Shown one piece after another: positions 18,671 through 28,446 of a DNA stretch of 62,815 nt (position 1 is its first letter; each line of letters opens with the position of its first letter). Origin of the DNA: Leptolyngbyaceae cyanobacterium (GTDB lineage: Bacteria; Cyanobacteriota; Cyanobacteriia; Cyanobacteriales; Aerosakkonemataceae); assembly GCA_036703985.1 (NCBI GenBank), contig DATNQN010000123.1, positions 1-62,815 on the forward strand, in the 5' to 3' direction. The position numbers and the translations under genes were made by a program. The notes under the pieces were generated by a model. The model ran no database searches, was not told the origin of the DNA, and saw nothing but the letters and a program-made list of their open reading frames with translations.

Positions 18671-19198
18671 TTAAGAAAGATTGGCGATCGCTATATCGAT
18701 TAACTCGGAAAACCTTTCTCGATCGGCAATGGGAATACCTTCGATCGCTTCGTCCCGGATCTCGATCGCGATCGGGATCAATACGTTTTTGAGTTCTTTT
18801 CCCGCTTCCGTTAACCAAATGCGCCAAATTCTGCGATCGCGAGTGTCTCTTTCCCGCCGCACTAATCCTCGTTGTTCCATCCGGTCTAGCACACCTGTTA
18901 AAGTACCGCCCACTTGTTGCAATTGATCGCCAATGCTGGAGGTTGCTAAACCATCTTCTTGCCACAAACAGCACAGCACAACCCAGTGAAAAGGCGTCAA
19001 ACCATAAGGATCGAGTCGTTCTTGAAACTTACGAGATAGCATCTGGGATAACAGCTTGATTCGGTAGCCCAAACCTTGAGGGGCTAAAACTTCTTGCCAC
19101 CCCTTGGATGTATTTTTTTCTACACATGGACTTACCATAGAGCCTCCTGCTAATTTATTTAGCATTCTTAATATTAGCGTAAGATATATTTTTGGCAA
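18671..19198 (-). CDS. MarR-family transcriptional regulator
   Basis: Winged-helix block LTPFHWVVLCCLW...GLATSSIGDQL...GVLDRMEQRGLVRRERDTRDRR. Confidence 0.75.
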   Translation of the reverse strand: MPKIYLTLILRMLNKLAGGSMVSPCVEKNTSKGWQEVLAPQGLGYRIKLLSQMLSRKFQERLDPYGLTPFHWVVLCCLWQEDGLATSSIGDQLQQVGGTLTGVLDRMEQRGLVRRERDTRDRRIWRIWLTEAGKELKNVLIPIAIEIRDEAIEGIPIADRERFSELIDIAIANLS

Positions 19199-19400
19199 AA
19201 GTCAAACTGAACAAGGAGTTTCCCAGGTTTGAACCAATATAAAATGGAGTAAGAGAAAGCCATTTCAAAAAGCAGTTGCCAAATGCCGTTAAGAGCGATC
19301 GGTATTTCAGGCAAGGAAAACAAAAAATTCCATGCCAACGAAGATTTATAACTATATAATAAACCAAGCAAAGCATTTTTACTTAAAAAAAGTGGCGAAA

Positions 19401-19913
19401 ATGAAGCCAGCTTTATTCCTAACCACTGCGATCGTAACTACAGTGAGTTCCCTCCCCTTATATTTAGCAGACTTCAGCCAAGCACAAGACTGTTTGACGA
19501 GTAATGAAGGATTGCTTATCTGTTTGGGAGACAGTCAAGGAAACAACCAGAAACCGAAAAAGCAACAAAGAGATTTTTACCCCGATTCATACGATCGGAT
19601 CGATAATATTTACCGTGCAATTCTCGATCGAAATGCCGATTACTTAGCATTAAGAACGTGGTATCGGGAATTAGAAAGAGGAAGGTCTTTGGGGGATATT
19701 AGGGGTCAACTTGCACGTTCTCCAGAAGCCGAAAATCGAATTAATCAAATTTACTTAGAACTATTAGGTCGTCCAGTCGATCCCGATGGTTTAAGGACTT
19801 GGCAAAGAGCATTAGCTAGAGGCGCTTCCTTAATGCAAATTCGCCAGTATATAGAAGAAATAATTAGGGAAAGGGAAGAGAGAAAAGAAAAATTTGTTAA
19901 CTCTAACTTCTGA
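19401..19913 (+). CDS. secreted DUF4214-repeat protein
   Basis: Signal peptide from the Met at 19401. Two ~40-aa repeats (IYRAILDRNADYLALRTWYRELERGRSLGDIRGQLARSPE / IYLELLGRPVDPDGLRTWQRALARGASLMQIRQYI) matching the DUF4214 pattern. Confidence 0.5.
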   Translation: MKPALFLTTAIVTTVSSLPLYLADFSQAQDCLTSNEGLLICLGDSQGNNQKPKKQQRDFYPDSYDRIDNIYRAILDRNADYLALRTWYRELERGRSLGDIRGQLARSPEAENRINQIYLELLGRPVDPDGLRTWQRALARGASLMQIRQYIEEIIREREERKEKFVNSNF

Positions 19914-19932
19914 CTCCTGAATTCTAGGCTAA

Positions 19933-20820
19933 TTATAATTGACGAAGGGCGAATTCTACGCCGTGACAGACACCAGCGAGAAAATCTAAGTTGAGAGTTT
20001 CGATGCGATCGCTATTTTGATGATAATGGGGATTTCGCATAAAAGCGGTATCTGTAATCATCATTGCATTATAACCATTATCCCAAAAAGGTGCGTGATC
20101 GCTCAACCGAGTTTGCTGAATCATATTACCTTTATTTGGAACGGGTAACCACTCACAGGGAGTACCGTCTTTACGAATATTTCGACTCAAGCGAATTAGA
20201 TCGGGAATTGTAGTTAAATTCCCAATTAAAGCAATAAAATTACCCCGATCGGGATAGAACTTTTCCAATCCGGCTGGGTAACGTTGGGAATTAGGATTAT
20301 TATCGCAATAACCCAACATTTCCAAAGAAATCATCAAGCGTAACTTTTGCCCTTCTGCTTTCAATTGTCGAGCATATTCCTGACTACCTAATAAACCATA
20401 TTCTTCCATATCAAAAGCAACTAATCGCACTGGATATTTGAGAGGTTCAGCAGCAAATTCTTTTGCCAATTCTAATAAAGCCGCCACACCAGTACCGTTG
20501 TCATCTGCGGCGGGACATCCCGGTACGCCGTCATAATGTGCGCCGATCAAAATTGGTGCAGATTTCCTCTGATTAGTAGAGGGTAAATTGAGAATTAGGT
20601 TTTGATGGGTTTTGCCTCTAACGGTAAATTCATAAGTTTCTAAGGTTCCCCATTGTTGAAGCTGTTCTCTGATGTATTGTTGCACGTAGAAATGTCCTGC
20701 TGATGAGAGGTAGGGATCGCGATCGCGGACAATTTCTTTCAGATGAGCGTGTAACCTTTCTTTTAAATCTACATCGGCATAATCCATATTAATAATCAGC
20801 AATTTATCACTCAATACCAT
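19933..20820 (-). CDS. M28-family aminopeptidase
   Basis: Zn-ligand blocks IGAHYDGVPG...ADDNGTGVAALLE and FDMEEYGLLGS. Confidence 0.7.
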   Translation of the reverse strand: MVLSDKLLIINMDYADVDLKERLHAHLKEIVRDRDPYLSSAGHFYVQQYIREQLQQWGTLETYEFTVRGKTHQNLILNLPSTNQRKSAPILIGAHYDGVPGCPAADDNGTGVAALLELAKEFAAEPLKYPVRLVAFDMEEYGLLGSQEYARQLKAEGQKLRLMISLEMLGYCDNNPNSQRYPAGLEKFYPDRGNFIALIGNLTTIPDLIRLSRNIRKDGTPCEWLPVPNKGNMIQQTRLSDHAPFWDNGYNAMMITDTAFMRNPHYHQNSDRIETLNLDFLAGVCHGVEFALRQL

Positions 20821-20825
20821 ATTAG

Positions 20826-22643
20826 TTAATTATACTGTGAGGAATGGTTCACAGCTAACTGGTTTTCTCTGGAAGAAATTTTACAAAAGGGATAACCTAT
20901 TTTTCCTGCAAGTAAATAAGTTTTCATATCTCCCTTCCCTTTTACATTAATAATGCCCCGCTCTTCAAATAAAAATTTATCGCGCAACATATTATAGGTA
21001 TTTTCAGTTACTTGAATAGTCCCAACCAAACCGTGAGATTCCATGCGGCTGGCAGTATTAACGGCATCACCCCAAAGGTCGTAGCTGAACTTTTTAGTAC
21101 CAATCACGCCAGCCACTACCGGGCCAGTATTGATACCAATTCGCAGGCTAAAATTAGTACCTTGAGCAGCATTAAATTGGGTAATAGCTTGCTGCATATC
21201 GAGTGCCATTCGTGCGATCGCATCTGCGTGATCCTTGCGAGGTACGGGTAAACCGCCTACTACCATGTAGGCATCTCCAATCGTTTTAATTTTTTCCAAT
21301 CCATGCTTTTCCGTTAAGCGATCGAAAATAGAAAAGATTTCGTTGAGCAAGCAAACCAATTCTTTCGGAGTAGTTTGGCTAGCCATTTGAGTGAAGTTAA
21401 CCAAGTCAGCAAACAGAATAGTTACTTCATCAAAATTGTCAGCAATAATTTTTTCATCAGTCTTTAAGCGCTCGGCAATCAGTTCCGGCAAAATATTCAA
21501 TAACAACCGCTCGGATTGCTCTTGTTGATAGCGCAATGCTTCTTCCATTGTTCTACGCTGGGTAATATCATGAAAGAAAACAGATGCGCCATCATAAGAA
21601 GGAAAAACCCGCACTTCAAACCAACGACTTAACGGCTGAGAAAAATGTTCAAAAGTGAGGCTAATTTGTTGGCTTACTGCTTGGCGATAATGATGTTCAA
21701 ATGCAGAACCGATTAAATCTGGAAAAACTTCCCATATATTTTGACCCAAAAGCTTTTCTGGCTGACATTCCAAAATATTAGCCGCCACTCGATTGACGCA
21801 AGTGAACCGCCACTGACGATCTAAAGTAAAAAAAGCATCAGTGATATTTTCTAGTAGGTCTACCACTTGGCGATCGGAAGCTCTTTGCTTGACTTCTACT
21901 TCTTTATTTCTGGCAATTTGGCGTTCTAATCTAGCTACATTTAGCCGTAGTTCCATTTGGCCGATCACCTGACGACCCAATGCTCGTAGCGCTTCCAATT
22001 GTTCTGGGGTAAGATGGCGGGGGATGCGATCGATCACGCAAAGCGACCCCAACGGAAACCCATCCGGCGTCACTACAGGGGTACCGGCATAAAAGCGGAT
22101 ACTGGGGTCAGAAGTTACCAGGGGATTACCAGCAAAGCGATCGTCTTCTAAAGCATTGGGGACAACCAACAGATCGTCTGGATTGAGAATTGTATGAGCG
22201 CAGAAAGCAATATCTCTATGGGTTTCAGTCGGTTCTAACCCAACCTTTGACTTAAACCACTGACGATTGGCGTCCACCAAACTAACTAAAGCAATCGGAG
22301 TCCCGCAAATGTATGCTGCCAAGCGAGTGAGGTCATCAAAAGCTTCTTCTGCCGATGTATCGAGAATGTCATATCGCTCCAGCGCTTTTAATCTATCTTC
22401 CTCATTATCCGGTAGAGGAGCAACTTTCATTGGCGGTGTAGCGGCGGAACGCTTACCCATCAGGGAAGGAACTATCCCAGTTTTAAAGCTTCTAACTATC
22501 TGTGCCGATACTTCGGTTATATCTTTTTGTAATATGTTATAAATAGTTTTTTTAAGATTTTTCACTTGGCATAACTCCTCAAAACGCTTTCGACATATTT
22601 TTTTATTTATGTCTGTCGGATTCTTCCAGCACCCGCTTTGCAC
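20826..22643 (-). CDS. class III adenylate/guanylate cyclase with GAF and PAS sensor domains
   Basis: C-terminal cyclase core [10 protein letters not shown]...[12 protein letters not shown]...[13 protein letters not shown]. Upstream GAF-like and PAS-like blocks. The true start may be an internal Met (e.g. [10 protein letters not shown]). Confidence 0.75.
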   Translation of the reverse strand: MQSGCWKNPTDINKKICRKRFEELCQVKNLKKTIYNILQKDITEVSAQIVRSFKTGIVPSLMGKRSAATPPMKVAPLPDNEEDRLKALERYDILDTSAEEAFDDLTRLAAYICGTPIALVSLVDANRQWFKSKVGLEPTETHRDIAFCAHTILNPDDLLVVPNALEDDRFAGNPLVTSDPSIRFYAGTPVVTPDGFPLGSLCVIDRIPRHLTPEQLEALRALGRQVIGQMELRLNVARLERQIARNKEVEVKQRASDRQVVDLLENITDAFFTLDRQWRFTCVNRVAANILECQPEKLLGQNIWEVFPDLIGSAFEHHYRQAVSQQISLTFEHFSQPLSRWFEVRVFPSYDGASVFFHDITQRRTMEEALRYQQEQSERLLLNILPELIAERLKTDEKIIADNFDEVTILFADLVNFTQMASQTTPKELVCLLNEIFSIFDRLTEKHGLEKIKTIGDAYMVVGGLPVPRKDHADAIARMALDMQQAITQFNAAQGTNFSLRIGINTGPVVAGVIGTKKFSYDLWGDAVNTASRMESHGLVGTIQVTENTYNMLRDKFLFEERGIINVKGKGDMKTYLLAGKIGYPFCKISSRENQLAVNHSSQYN

Positions 22644-22765
22644 TTTATCATATCAATTATTTTTTATTGTAAAATTAAAAAGTGAAAAACTCGTGAAAAA
22701 TCTTATTAATGGCGGTGCGGCTGCTCAACTAAATATTTAGAGGTGTTGAGTCAGTTTGTGCTAGG

Positions 22766-23170
22766 CTAATTTAGCCAATTAATTACCTGAAGATCGGGTA
22801 TTCGCTGAAAGTGAGCTTGGTTGTTTGTTACGACTGCTAAACCTAACACCAATGCAGAAGCTGCAATTAAAATATCTGCATCTCCAGTTGGCAATCCACG
22901 TTTTTTCAAATCTCCGTATATATCTGCTGCTTTTATTACAATCTCATCTGTTAGGGGTAAAACGATATTTTTGGTACAAAATTCATTGAATAGGCTTATC
23001 TGTTTAGTTGCGTCTTTAGCCTTTAGTCCCCGCAGAATTTCATAGCGAGTAATAATTGAAAAGGTAAACTGACTATGTTCTGCCAAGTATTCTCTAGCTT
23101 TCGGTATTACGACTGGATTTTGGCGCATAATAGCCGAAAGTATATCGGTATCCAAAATAAATTGTGCCAC
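22766..23170 (-). CDS. vapC: PIN-domain toxin (VapC-like)
   Basis: 134 aa. PIN acidic residues (ILDTDIL...D...TNN). Paired with a small upstream antitoxin ORF at a 6-bp gap. Confidence 0.7.
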   Translation of the reverse strand: MAQFILDTDILSAIMRQNPVVIPKAREYLAEHSQFTFSIITRYEILRGLKAKDATKQISLFNEFCTKNIVLPLTDEIVIKAADIYGDLKKRGLPTGDADILIAASALVLGLAVVTNNQAHFQRIPDLQVINWLN

Positions 23171-23175
23171 AACTT

Positions 23176-23412
23176 TTAGAGGGTATTTTCAGTAAAGAAA
23201 TTATTGCGATCGCATACATTTCTTTCGATTTCATTTATTTCTTCTTCAGATAAACCTTCGTAGACTTGGGCAGCTAATTTTAACATCTCATCTGGGTTTA
23301 ATTTTGATGCTGTTTCAACTATTAATTTTACAGATTGTCCCTCAGCTATTTCTGGTTTAGTTAAAGGGCGAAAAACCCCTTTTTCATAAATTGCTTCTAT
23401 AGTTTGTGTCAT
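23176..23412 (-). CDS. antitoxin (DUF104/AF2212-like) partner of VapC
   Basis: 78 aa. N-terminal IEAIYEKGVFRPL motif typical of DUF104 antitoxins. Immediately 5' of the PIN gene. Confidence 0.55.
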   Translation of the reverse strand: MTQTIEAIYEKGVFRPLTKPEIAEGQSVKLIVETASKLNPDEMLKLAAQVYEGLSEEEINEIERNVCDRNNFFTENTL

Positions 23413-23593
23413 AATCTTAATTTGTTTTTAATATTGATTAATTATAGCAGATTTACTAAGTTTGTATTTGCCAAAATTGAACAATGCGAATACTTCGCCC
23501 TTACCCCAGCCCCAGTGAGTTATACAGTTGTAGTTGGACAGAGAAGCCTGGTTTCTGCTGCCTGATTTCTTCAATATTAGCTGATATTTTCAC

Positions 23594-26233
23594 CTAAGAT
23601 AACTTACTTTTTTTAGATTTTATTAGTGATGTTAAAAGCATTCCTGCCTGAACAGGGTCAAAGTCACTGGGGAATTTAGTTTGATTGTTATACTCTGCCT
23701 GACTCAGTTTTGTCTCGCGGAAATTGACTCCAGTTAAATTGGCTCCCCGTAAATCTGCTTTACTTAAATCAGCATATTGTAGGTTGGCTCCCTCTAGATT
23801 TACTCCGTATAAATTTGTCCGATTTAGGTCTGCTTTTGTTAGATTTACTTCACTCAAATTTGCTTCATATAGGTTCGCTTTAGACAGGTTTACCTGATTG
23901 AGGTTTGCTTGAGTTAGATTTGCACCATTCAAATTCGCCTGACTTAATACTGCCTCACTCAAATTTGCCTCTAGTAAGTTTGCTCCCCGTAAGTTAGCTT
24001 TGCTTAGATTAGCTTTAATTAGGTTGGCTTTACTTAAATTAGCTTTACTTAGATTAGCCTCACTCAAGTCTACACTTGCCAAATTCATACCCGACAAGTC
24101 TAGTTTTTGCAGTGAAGCTTTAGGGCTAATTAGGCGCAACTCCGATCTAGAGATGTTAAACTCTTCTGAAAATTGAGTTGTTTGGTCGTAAAAAGCCATT
24201 TGCAATTTTGTTCCTGTTAAATTAGCTCCTCTGAGATTTGCCCCTCTCAAATCTGCTTGATTGAGGTTAGCTTCAGTTAAATTTGCTTCTTGCAAATCAG
24301 CTTTGTTCAGTTTAGCTTGAGTCAGGTCGGCTTGACTTAGATTAGTCTGACGTAGATTAATTCCATTTAAATCAGCATTTCTTAGAGAAGCACCAAAAAG
24401 GTTGGCTCCCTGTAGGTCTACTCCCCATCCAAATCTAGCCTGACATAGCTTGGCATCTGTTAAATTGGTTTTAGAAAGTTTTGTTGATTGCAAATTTGCC
24501 CCACTCAGATCTGCACCACTTAAATTGGCTTCACTTAAATTTATTGAATGCAAGTTTGCCTCACGCAAGTCAGACTGACTCAAGTCTAGTTTCTGTAAGT
24601 TAAGATTTGCCAGATTTACTTTTCTTAAACAGGCTTTAACAGAAAGTAAGTAAACTCCAAATGAATCAACGTCAAAAACTTGAGACTCCTCTTCATCATC
24701 AAAACAAACGCTTGGAAATTGAGTACCTTGGTTACAGATTGCCTCATTTAAATTTGCACGCCAAAGATTAGCATTATTCAAATTTGTATCAAGTAACTTA
24801 GCTCCACTCAAATTAGCATAACAAAGATCTGCTCCACTCAAGTTTACTCCTGTCAAATTAGCTTTAAATAAGTTAGCTTCAAATAAGTTAGCTTCACTTA
24901 AATTAGCTCCACTTAAATTAGCTTCACTCAGATTAGCCTCACTTAAATCTAACCCTGTAAACTCTCTTTGTCCCTCATGGTATTGTTTTATAACTTGATA
25001 AGCATCTTCATCAAGAACTTTCAAAATTTTAATACCATATTCTGATACTCGGTATAGTTTGCTATCTTCTTCATCCTGCCACCAAGCATCTTCAACCTCA
25101 CCTTCACCAGCCTTTACCTGCCAAATAGCTTCTCTAGGTGAGGTAGCAAAAACACGCATATATATTTTTTCGTTATCATAATAACGCTCGCGATCGTATT
25201 CTTTTTCTTTAACTACCGAGCAGGAGACGTAGACAAAATAATCTCCACATTTACTAAACAAATATTTTTCGTGGTAATTTTTAGCTACTGTAAATTTTTT
25301 ACTATATAATTGAGTTTTTTCAGAAACCTCAGCTTCTGTTTCAAGTTGACATTTCCAAATATCCATAGGTGCGACTGTATAGTAATCGCTATCCCAAATA
25401 TCAACTTCAGTTTCACAATCACCACAACCATCACCTACGATCTCAATAGCTGTTTCAGGTGATGTAGCTTCAACACGGACTTTCATGTACTTTACATTAT
25501 CAGGAAGTTGGCTATCAATTTCAGCTTTCCACTCTTGTCCCTCTTTATAAGGGACATACACAATATAGTTTTCAGTGAATTCTATAGCTCCAGTCTCTTC
25601 AGGCTCAAAATCTTGTGGAAATACGGTTTTTTTATCATAAATGGCATCGTTCAAGGAAGCATTTTCAGAGTCATCATTCCGCCAATCTTTCAATAATTCG
25701 GCATACTCTAAGTTAGCCCCTCGTAAATTTGTATTATCTAAGTTTGCTCCTAACAGTTTGGCAAACTTTAAGTTTGCTTCCTGCAAGTTAGCACCTTGCA
25801 AATTACAGCCTTGTAGTTTAGCCTTTTCCAAGTTAGCTTTTTGCAGATTAGCTCCACTTATATTTCCCAGTTTTGACCATCTCAAATCTGCCCCTGTTAG
25901 GTTAGTTTGACTCAAGTTAGTAAGTAAACTTGCGCCTCTACAATCTGCTAATTCAAAGTTTGCATTTTGAACTTTAGTATTGCTGAGATTGGCATCCCAA
26001 AGAATTACCCCTTTAAGATTCGCACCATTCAGATCGGCATACTCTAAATCTGCTCGATCTAGGTTTGCATTTTGCAGATTAGCACCACTCAAATTGGTTT
26101 TACTTAATTCTGCTTTTTCTAGTTTTATATCTGTGAGATTACAGCCACTTAAGTTAGCTTCACAAAGATTTACTTCACTAAAATCACGTTCTCCTGCTGC
26201 GTATCGTCTCAACAATTCTTCAGCATTTATCAT
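23594..26233 (-). CDS. large bipartite pentapeptide-repeat protein (879 aa) with a central non-repeat domain
   Basis: Long runs of A(D/N)LxxANLxx pentapeptides in the N- and C-terminal thirds. ~230-aa non-repeat middle. N-terminal ELLRRYAAGERDF motif. Confidence 0.85.
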   Translation of the reverse strand: MINAEELLRRYAAGERDFSEVNLCEANLSGCNLTDIKLEKAELSKTNLSGANLQNANLDRADLEYADLNGANLKGVILWDANLSNTKVQNANFELADCRGASLLTNLSQTNLTGADLRWSKLGNISGANLQKANLEKAKLQGCNLQGANLQEANLKFAKLLGANLDNTNLRGANLEYAELLKDWRNDDSENASLNDAIYDKKTVFPQDFEPEETGAIEFTENYIVYVPYKEGQEWKAEIDSQLPDNVKYMKVRVEATSPETAIEIVGDGCGDCETEVDIWDSDYYTVAPMDIWKCQLETEAEVSEKTQLYSKKFTVAKNYHEKYLFSKCGDYFVYVSCSVVKEKEYDRERYYDNEKIYMRVFATSPREAIWQVKAGEGEVEDAWWQDEEDSKLYRVSEYGIKILKVLDEDAYQVIKQYHEGQREFTGLDLSEANLSEANLSGANLSEANLFEANLFKANLTGVNLSGADLCYANLSGAKLLDTNLNNANLWRANLNEAICNQGTQFPSVCFDDEEESQVFDVDSFGVYLLSVKACLRKVNLANLNLQKLDLSQSDLREANLHSINLSEANLSGADLSGANLQSTKLSKTNLTDAKLCQARFGWGVDLQGANLFGASLRNADLNGINLRQTNLSQADLTQAKLNKADLQEANLTEANLNQADLRGANLRGANLTGTKLQMAFYDQTTQFSEEFNISRSELRLISPKASLQKLDLSGMNLASVDLSEANLSKANLSKANLIKANLSKANLRGANLLEANLSEAVLSQANLNGANLTQANLNQVNLSKANLYEANLSEVNLTKADLNRTNLYGVNLEGANLQYADLSKADLRGANLTGVNFRETKLSQAEYNNQTKFPSDFDPVQAGMLLTSLIKSKKSKLS

Positions 26234-26664
26234 AACCTACACCTCAATTATTTTCCAAAGTAATCTAAGTCTGGTCGTTTTTAATTCTCTTCTAACAAAC
26301 TTGATGCCAGCTATCTATTTATAAAGATAGTAGTCCTGGGAAACTCCCTTGTTTTACATACATTATAGATAATGAGATTATAGTCAGCCTATTAGTGCTA
26401 ATTCCTCTTGATCCTTGGTATGCTGGTCTACCAATTTCATATCCTTGCTCGACTTAGATCGTTCCAACGCATTACTAGAGAGCCAAAATTACATTCGCCA
26501 GATCACCGTTAGAGAGTTGCGCCAATCCGAACTCGGTCGCGAAATGTTAGAATAATTATTATCACTAAATAACGTATCTTGTCAAGAGAAAGACCTTTAG
26601 AGCATCCTTTTTATTGGGGTGCTTGGGTTTGTCAAGGAAATAAACAAATTTTACTTTTCCAAAG

Positions 26665-27033
26665 ATGTCTAATTTAGAAAAAGCTTTAGCTGCTTTTTAC
26701 TCTCAAGATTACACTACAGCACTTAGCTTATTAAAACCTTTGGCAGATGAAGGAAATACGGAAGCGCAATGTACGATCGCAAATATGCACCATTTAGGAT
26801 TGGGTCTAGAAAAAAATGTCTTAGAAGCAATTAAATGGTACGTAAAATCATCTGAACGAGGTTATGCGATCGCTTCCAATAACTTAGCAGGAATTTATCT
26901 TTCCGGTGATGAAGGTATAACAGCAGATCGAACAGAAGCAGATAAATGGTTTCAAAAAGCTAGAGAACAAGGATTTTTACATAGTCCTGTTTCTAGTGAC
27001 TACTTAAACTTACAGCACTTTCGAGGTAAATGA
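26665..27033 (+). CDS. Sel1/TPR-like repeat protein
   Basis: Three Sel1-like repeats (AQCTIANMHHLGLG...EAIKWY; GYAIASNNLAGIYLSGDEG...EADKWFQKA). Confidence 0.55.
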   Translation: MSNLEKALAAFYSQDYTTALSLLKPLADEGNTEAQCTIANMHHLGLGLEKNVLEAIKWYVKSSERGYAIASNNLAGIYLSGDEGITADRTEADKWFQKAREQGFLHSPVSSDYLNLQHFRGK

Positions 27034-27132
27034 GGTACAAAGTGATGCCTAAAACCCTTGTGAAGCTAGCTTCTATTGTACCTCATAAACCCCGAATCCG
27101 CTGTAACAGGTGTTGGATAAATGCGTTTTTTC

Positions 27133-27783
27133 TTACTCCCCTTCTTTCTCCTTCGCCTGACTCCTCACCCACTCCCGAAACATCTTAATTAAACTCGTCT
27201 CCCCCATCGTTTTACTTAATTCCAAAAAGCGCATAACTTCCGATGGCGTTAACTGCGGGAAAGTAGGAGAAATTTCGCACTCCTTATACTCTCCATCTTG
27301 TAATCGCAAAATTATCAAGCGGTTATCATCATAACGCCACACTTCCGGTACACCCAAAGCTGCATAAATATCTAATCGATTAATAGAACTAGAGGTAATA
27401 TCAATCTCAATTGCTAAATCTGGAGGTGGGTATTGATTGAGGTCAATTTGACTTATTCCTCTAACAATTCTCTCATTTTGAATATAATAGCATTTATCTG
27501 GTTCCAGTCCACGAGCTAGATCTTGGCGATTGCAAGTTCTCGATCCCAAACTGCGAATTTCAACGTTAATTTCTTCTGTTAATGCTATAATAAAACGACC
27601 AATCAGTTCAGAATAAGTTTCATGTGGATCTAATGGTGTCATAATTTCTAGTTTACCGCGATCGTAAGTCAGTCTTATTCCTGCTTGTTCCTCAAAATCT
27701 TTCAATAACGATTGATAAGTCTGCCAGCTAATATTCTCTAGCAGGACTCGATTAGCACTTTTGGTTTGCGTAGTAATCATCAT
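27133..27783 (-). CDS. Uma2-family (DUF820) endonuclease
   Basis: Characteristic Uma2 blocks LTYDRGKLEIMTP...E and PDLAIEIDITSSS...D...Y..LGVPEVWRYD. Confidence 0.7.
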   Translation of the reverse strand: MMITTQTKSANRVLLENISWQTYQSLLKDFEEQAGIRLTYDRGKLEIMTPLDPHETYSELIGRFIIALTEEINVEIRSLGSRTCNRQDLARGLEPDKCYYIQNERIVRGISQIDLNQYPPPDLAIEIDITSSSINRLDIYAALGVPEVWRYDDNRLIILRLQDGEYKECEISPTFPQLTPSEVMRFLELSKTMGETSLIKMFREWVRSQAKEKEGE

Positions 27784-27798
27784 AATTAACTCACTTAT

Positions 27799-28446
27799 TT
27801 ATTCAATTATAATAATTTCAGCAAATCGTTTCATAATACTGAGAACATCATACAATTCATTACCTCGATCGCGAATATCAAATAAATTAGATAACCCGTA
27901 TTTCGGTAAATTTTCTTTCACCAATTTAATGAATCGAAAGCTACTACCATTCGTCAACATTCCCAAAACTGGTTTATCTAAATTCGGACTACCCAACATA
28001 TAAGCTAATGCTTGCGGTAAACCAGCTTCTAACGATATGCCACTTCTTTTAGACTCAATTACTAATACCCAAAATCGTTCTTTTACCACTAAAATATCGA
28101 TTTTTCCCTTAATAATTGTCTGTTCATCTTCAATCGCAATTTGTACTTGATTTTCTGTTATCAACCGAAATGGAGGTAAATAAAAGCCTGCCATATCTAG
28201 CAACGGCGAAACTACCACCATTTTCACCGCTTCTTCTAACAAAGAATATTTGACTAAATTCAAATAACTTGCCTTCACTCGATCTAGCCGTTGCTTTTCT
28301 ATATCCGTGATTTCTGGCAAATTATCTACCCATTCTGGAAAAAACTGTTCGTCTTCAACCAGTTCTATACCAAATTTCGATTCCAAGTCAGATAGAGTTA
28401 GTTCTGTAGCCTGAATTGTTTGCACCATCTTTCTTTTCCTAAACAA
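27799..28446 (-). CDS. HsdR_N-like PD-(D/E)xK nuclease-fold protein
   Basis: SPLLDMAGF ... GKIDILVV ... VLVIESKR arrangement equals the D...(D/E)xK core of type I restriction R-subunit N-terminal domains. 15-bp gap to the Uma2 gene and 8-nt overlap with the PhzF gene. Confidence 0.45.
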   Translation of the reverse strand: MFRKRKMVQTIQATELTLSDLESKFGIELVEDEQFFPEWVDNLPEITDIEKQRLDRVKASYLNLVKYSLLEEAVKMVVVSPLLDMAGFYLPPFRLITENQVQIAIEDEQTIIKGKIDILVVKERFWVLVIESKRSGISLEAGLPQALAYMLGSPNLDKPVLGMLTNGSSFRFIKLVKENLPKYGLSNLFDIRDRGNELYDVLSIMKRFAEIIIIE

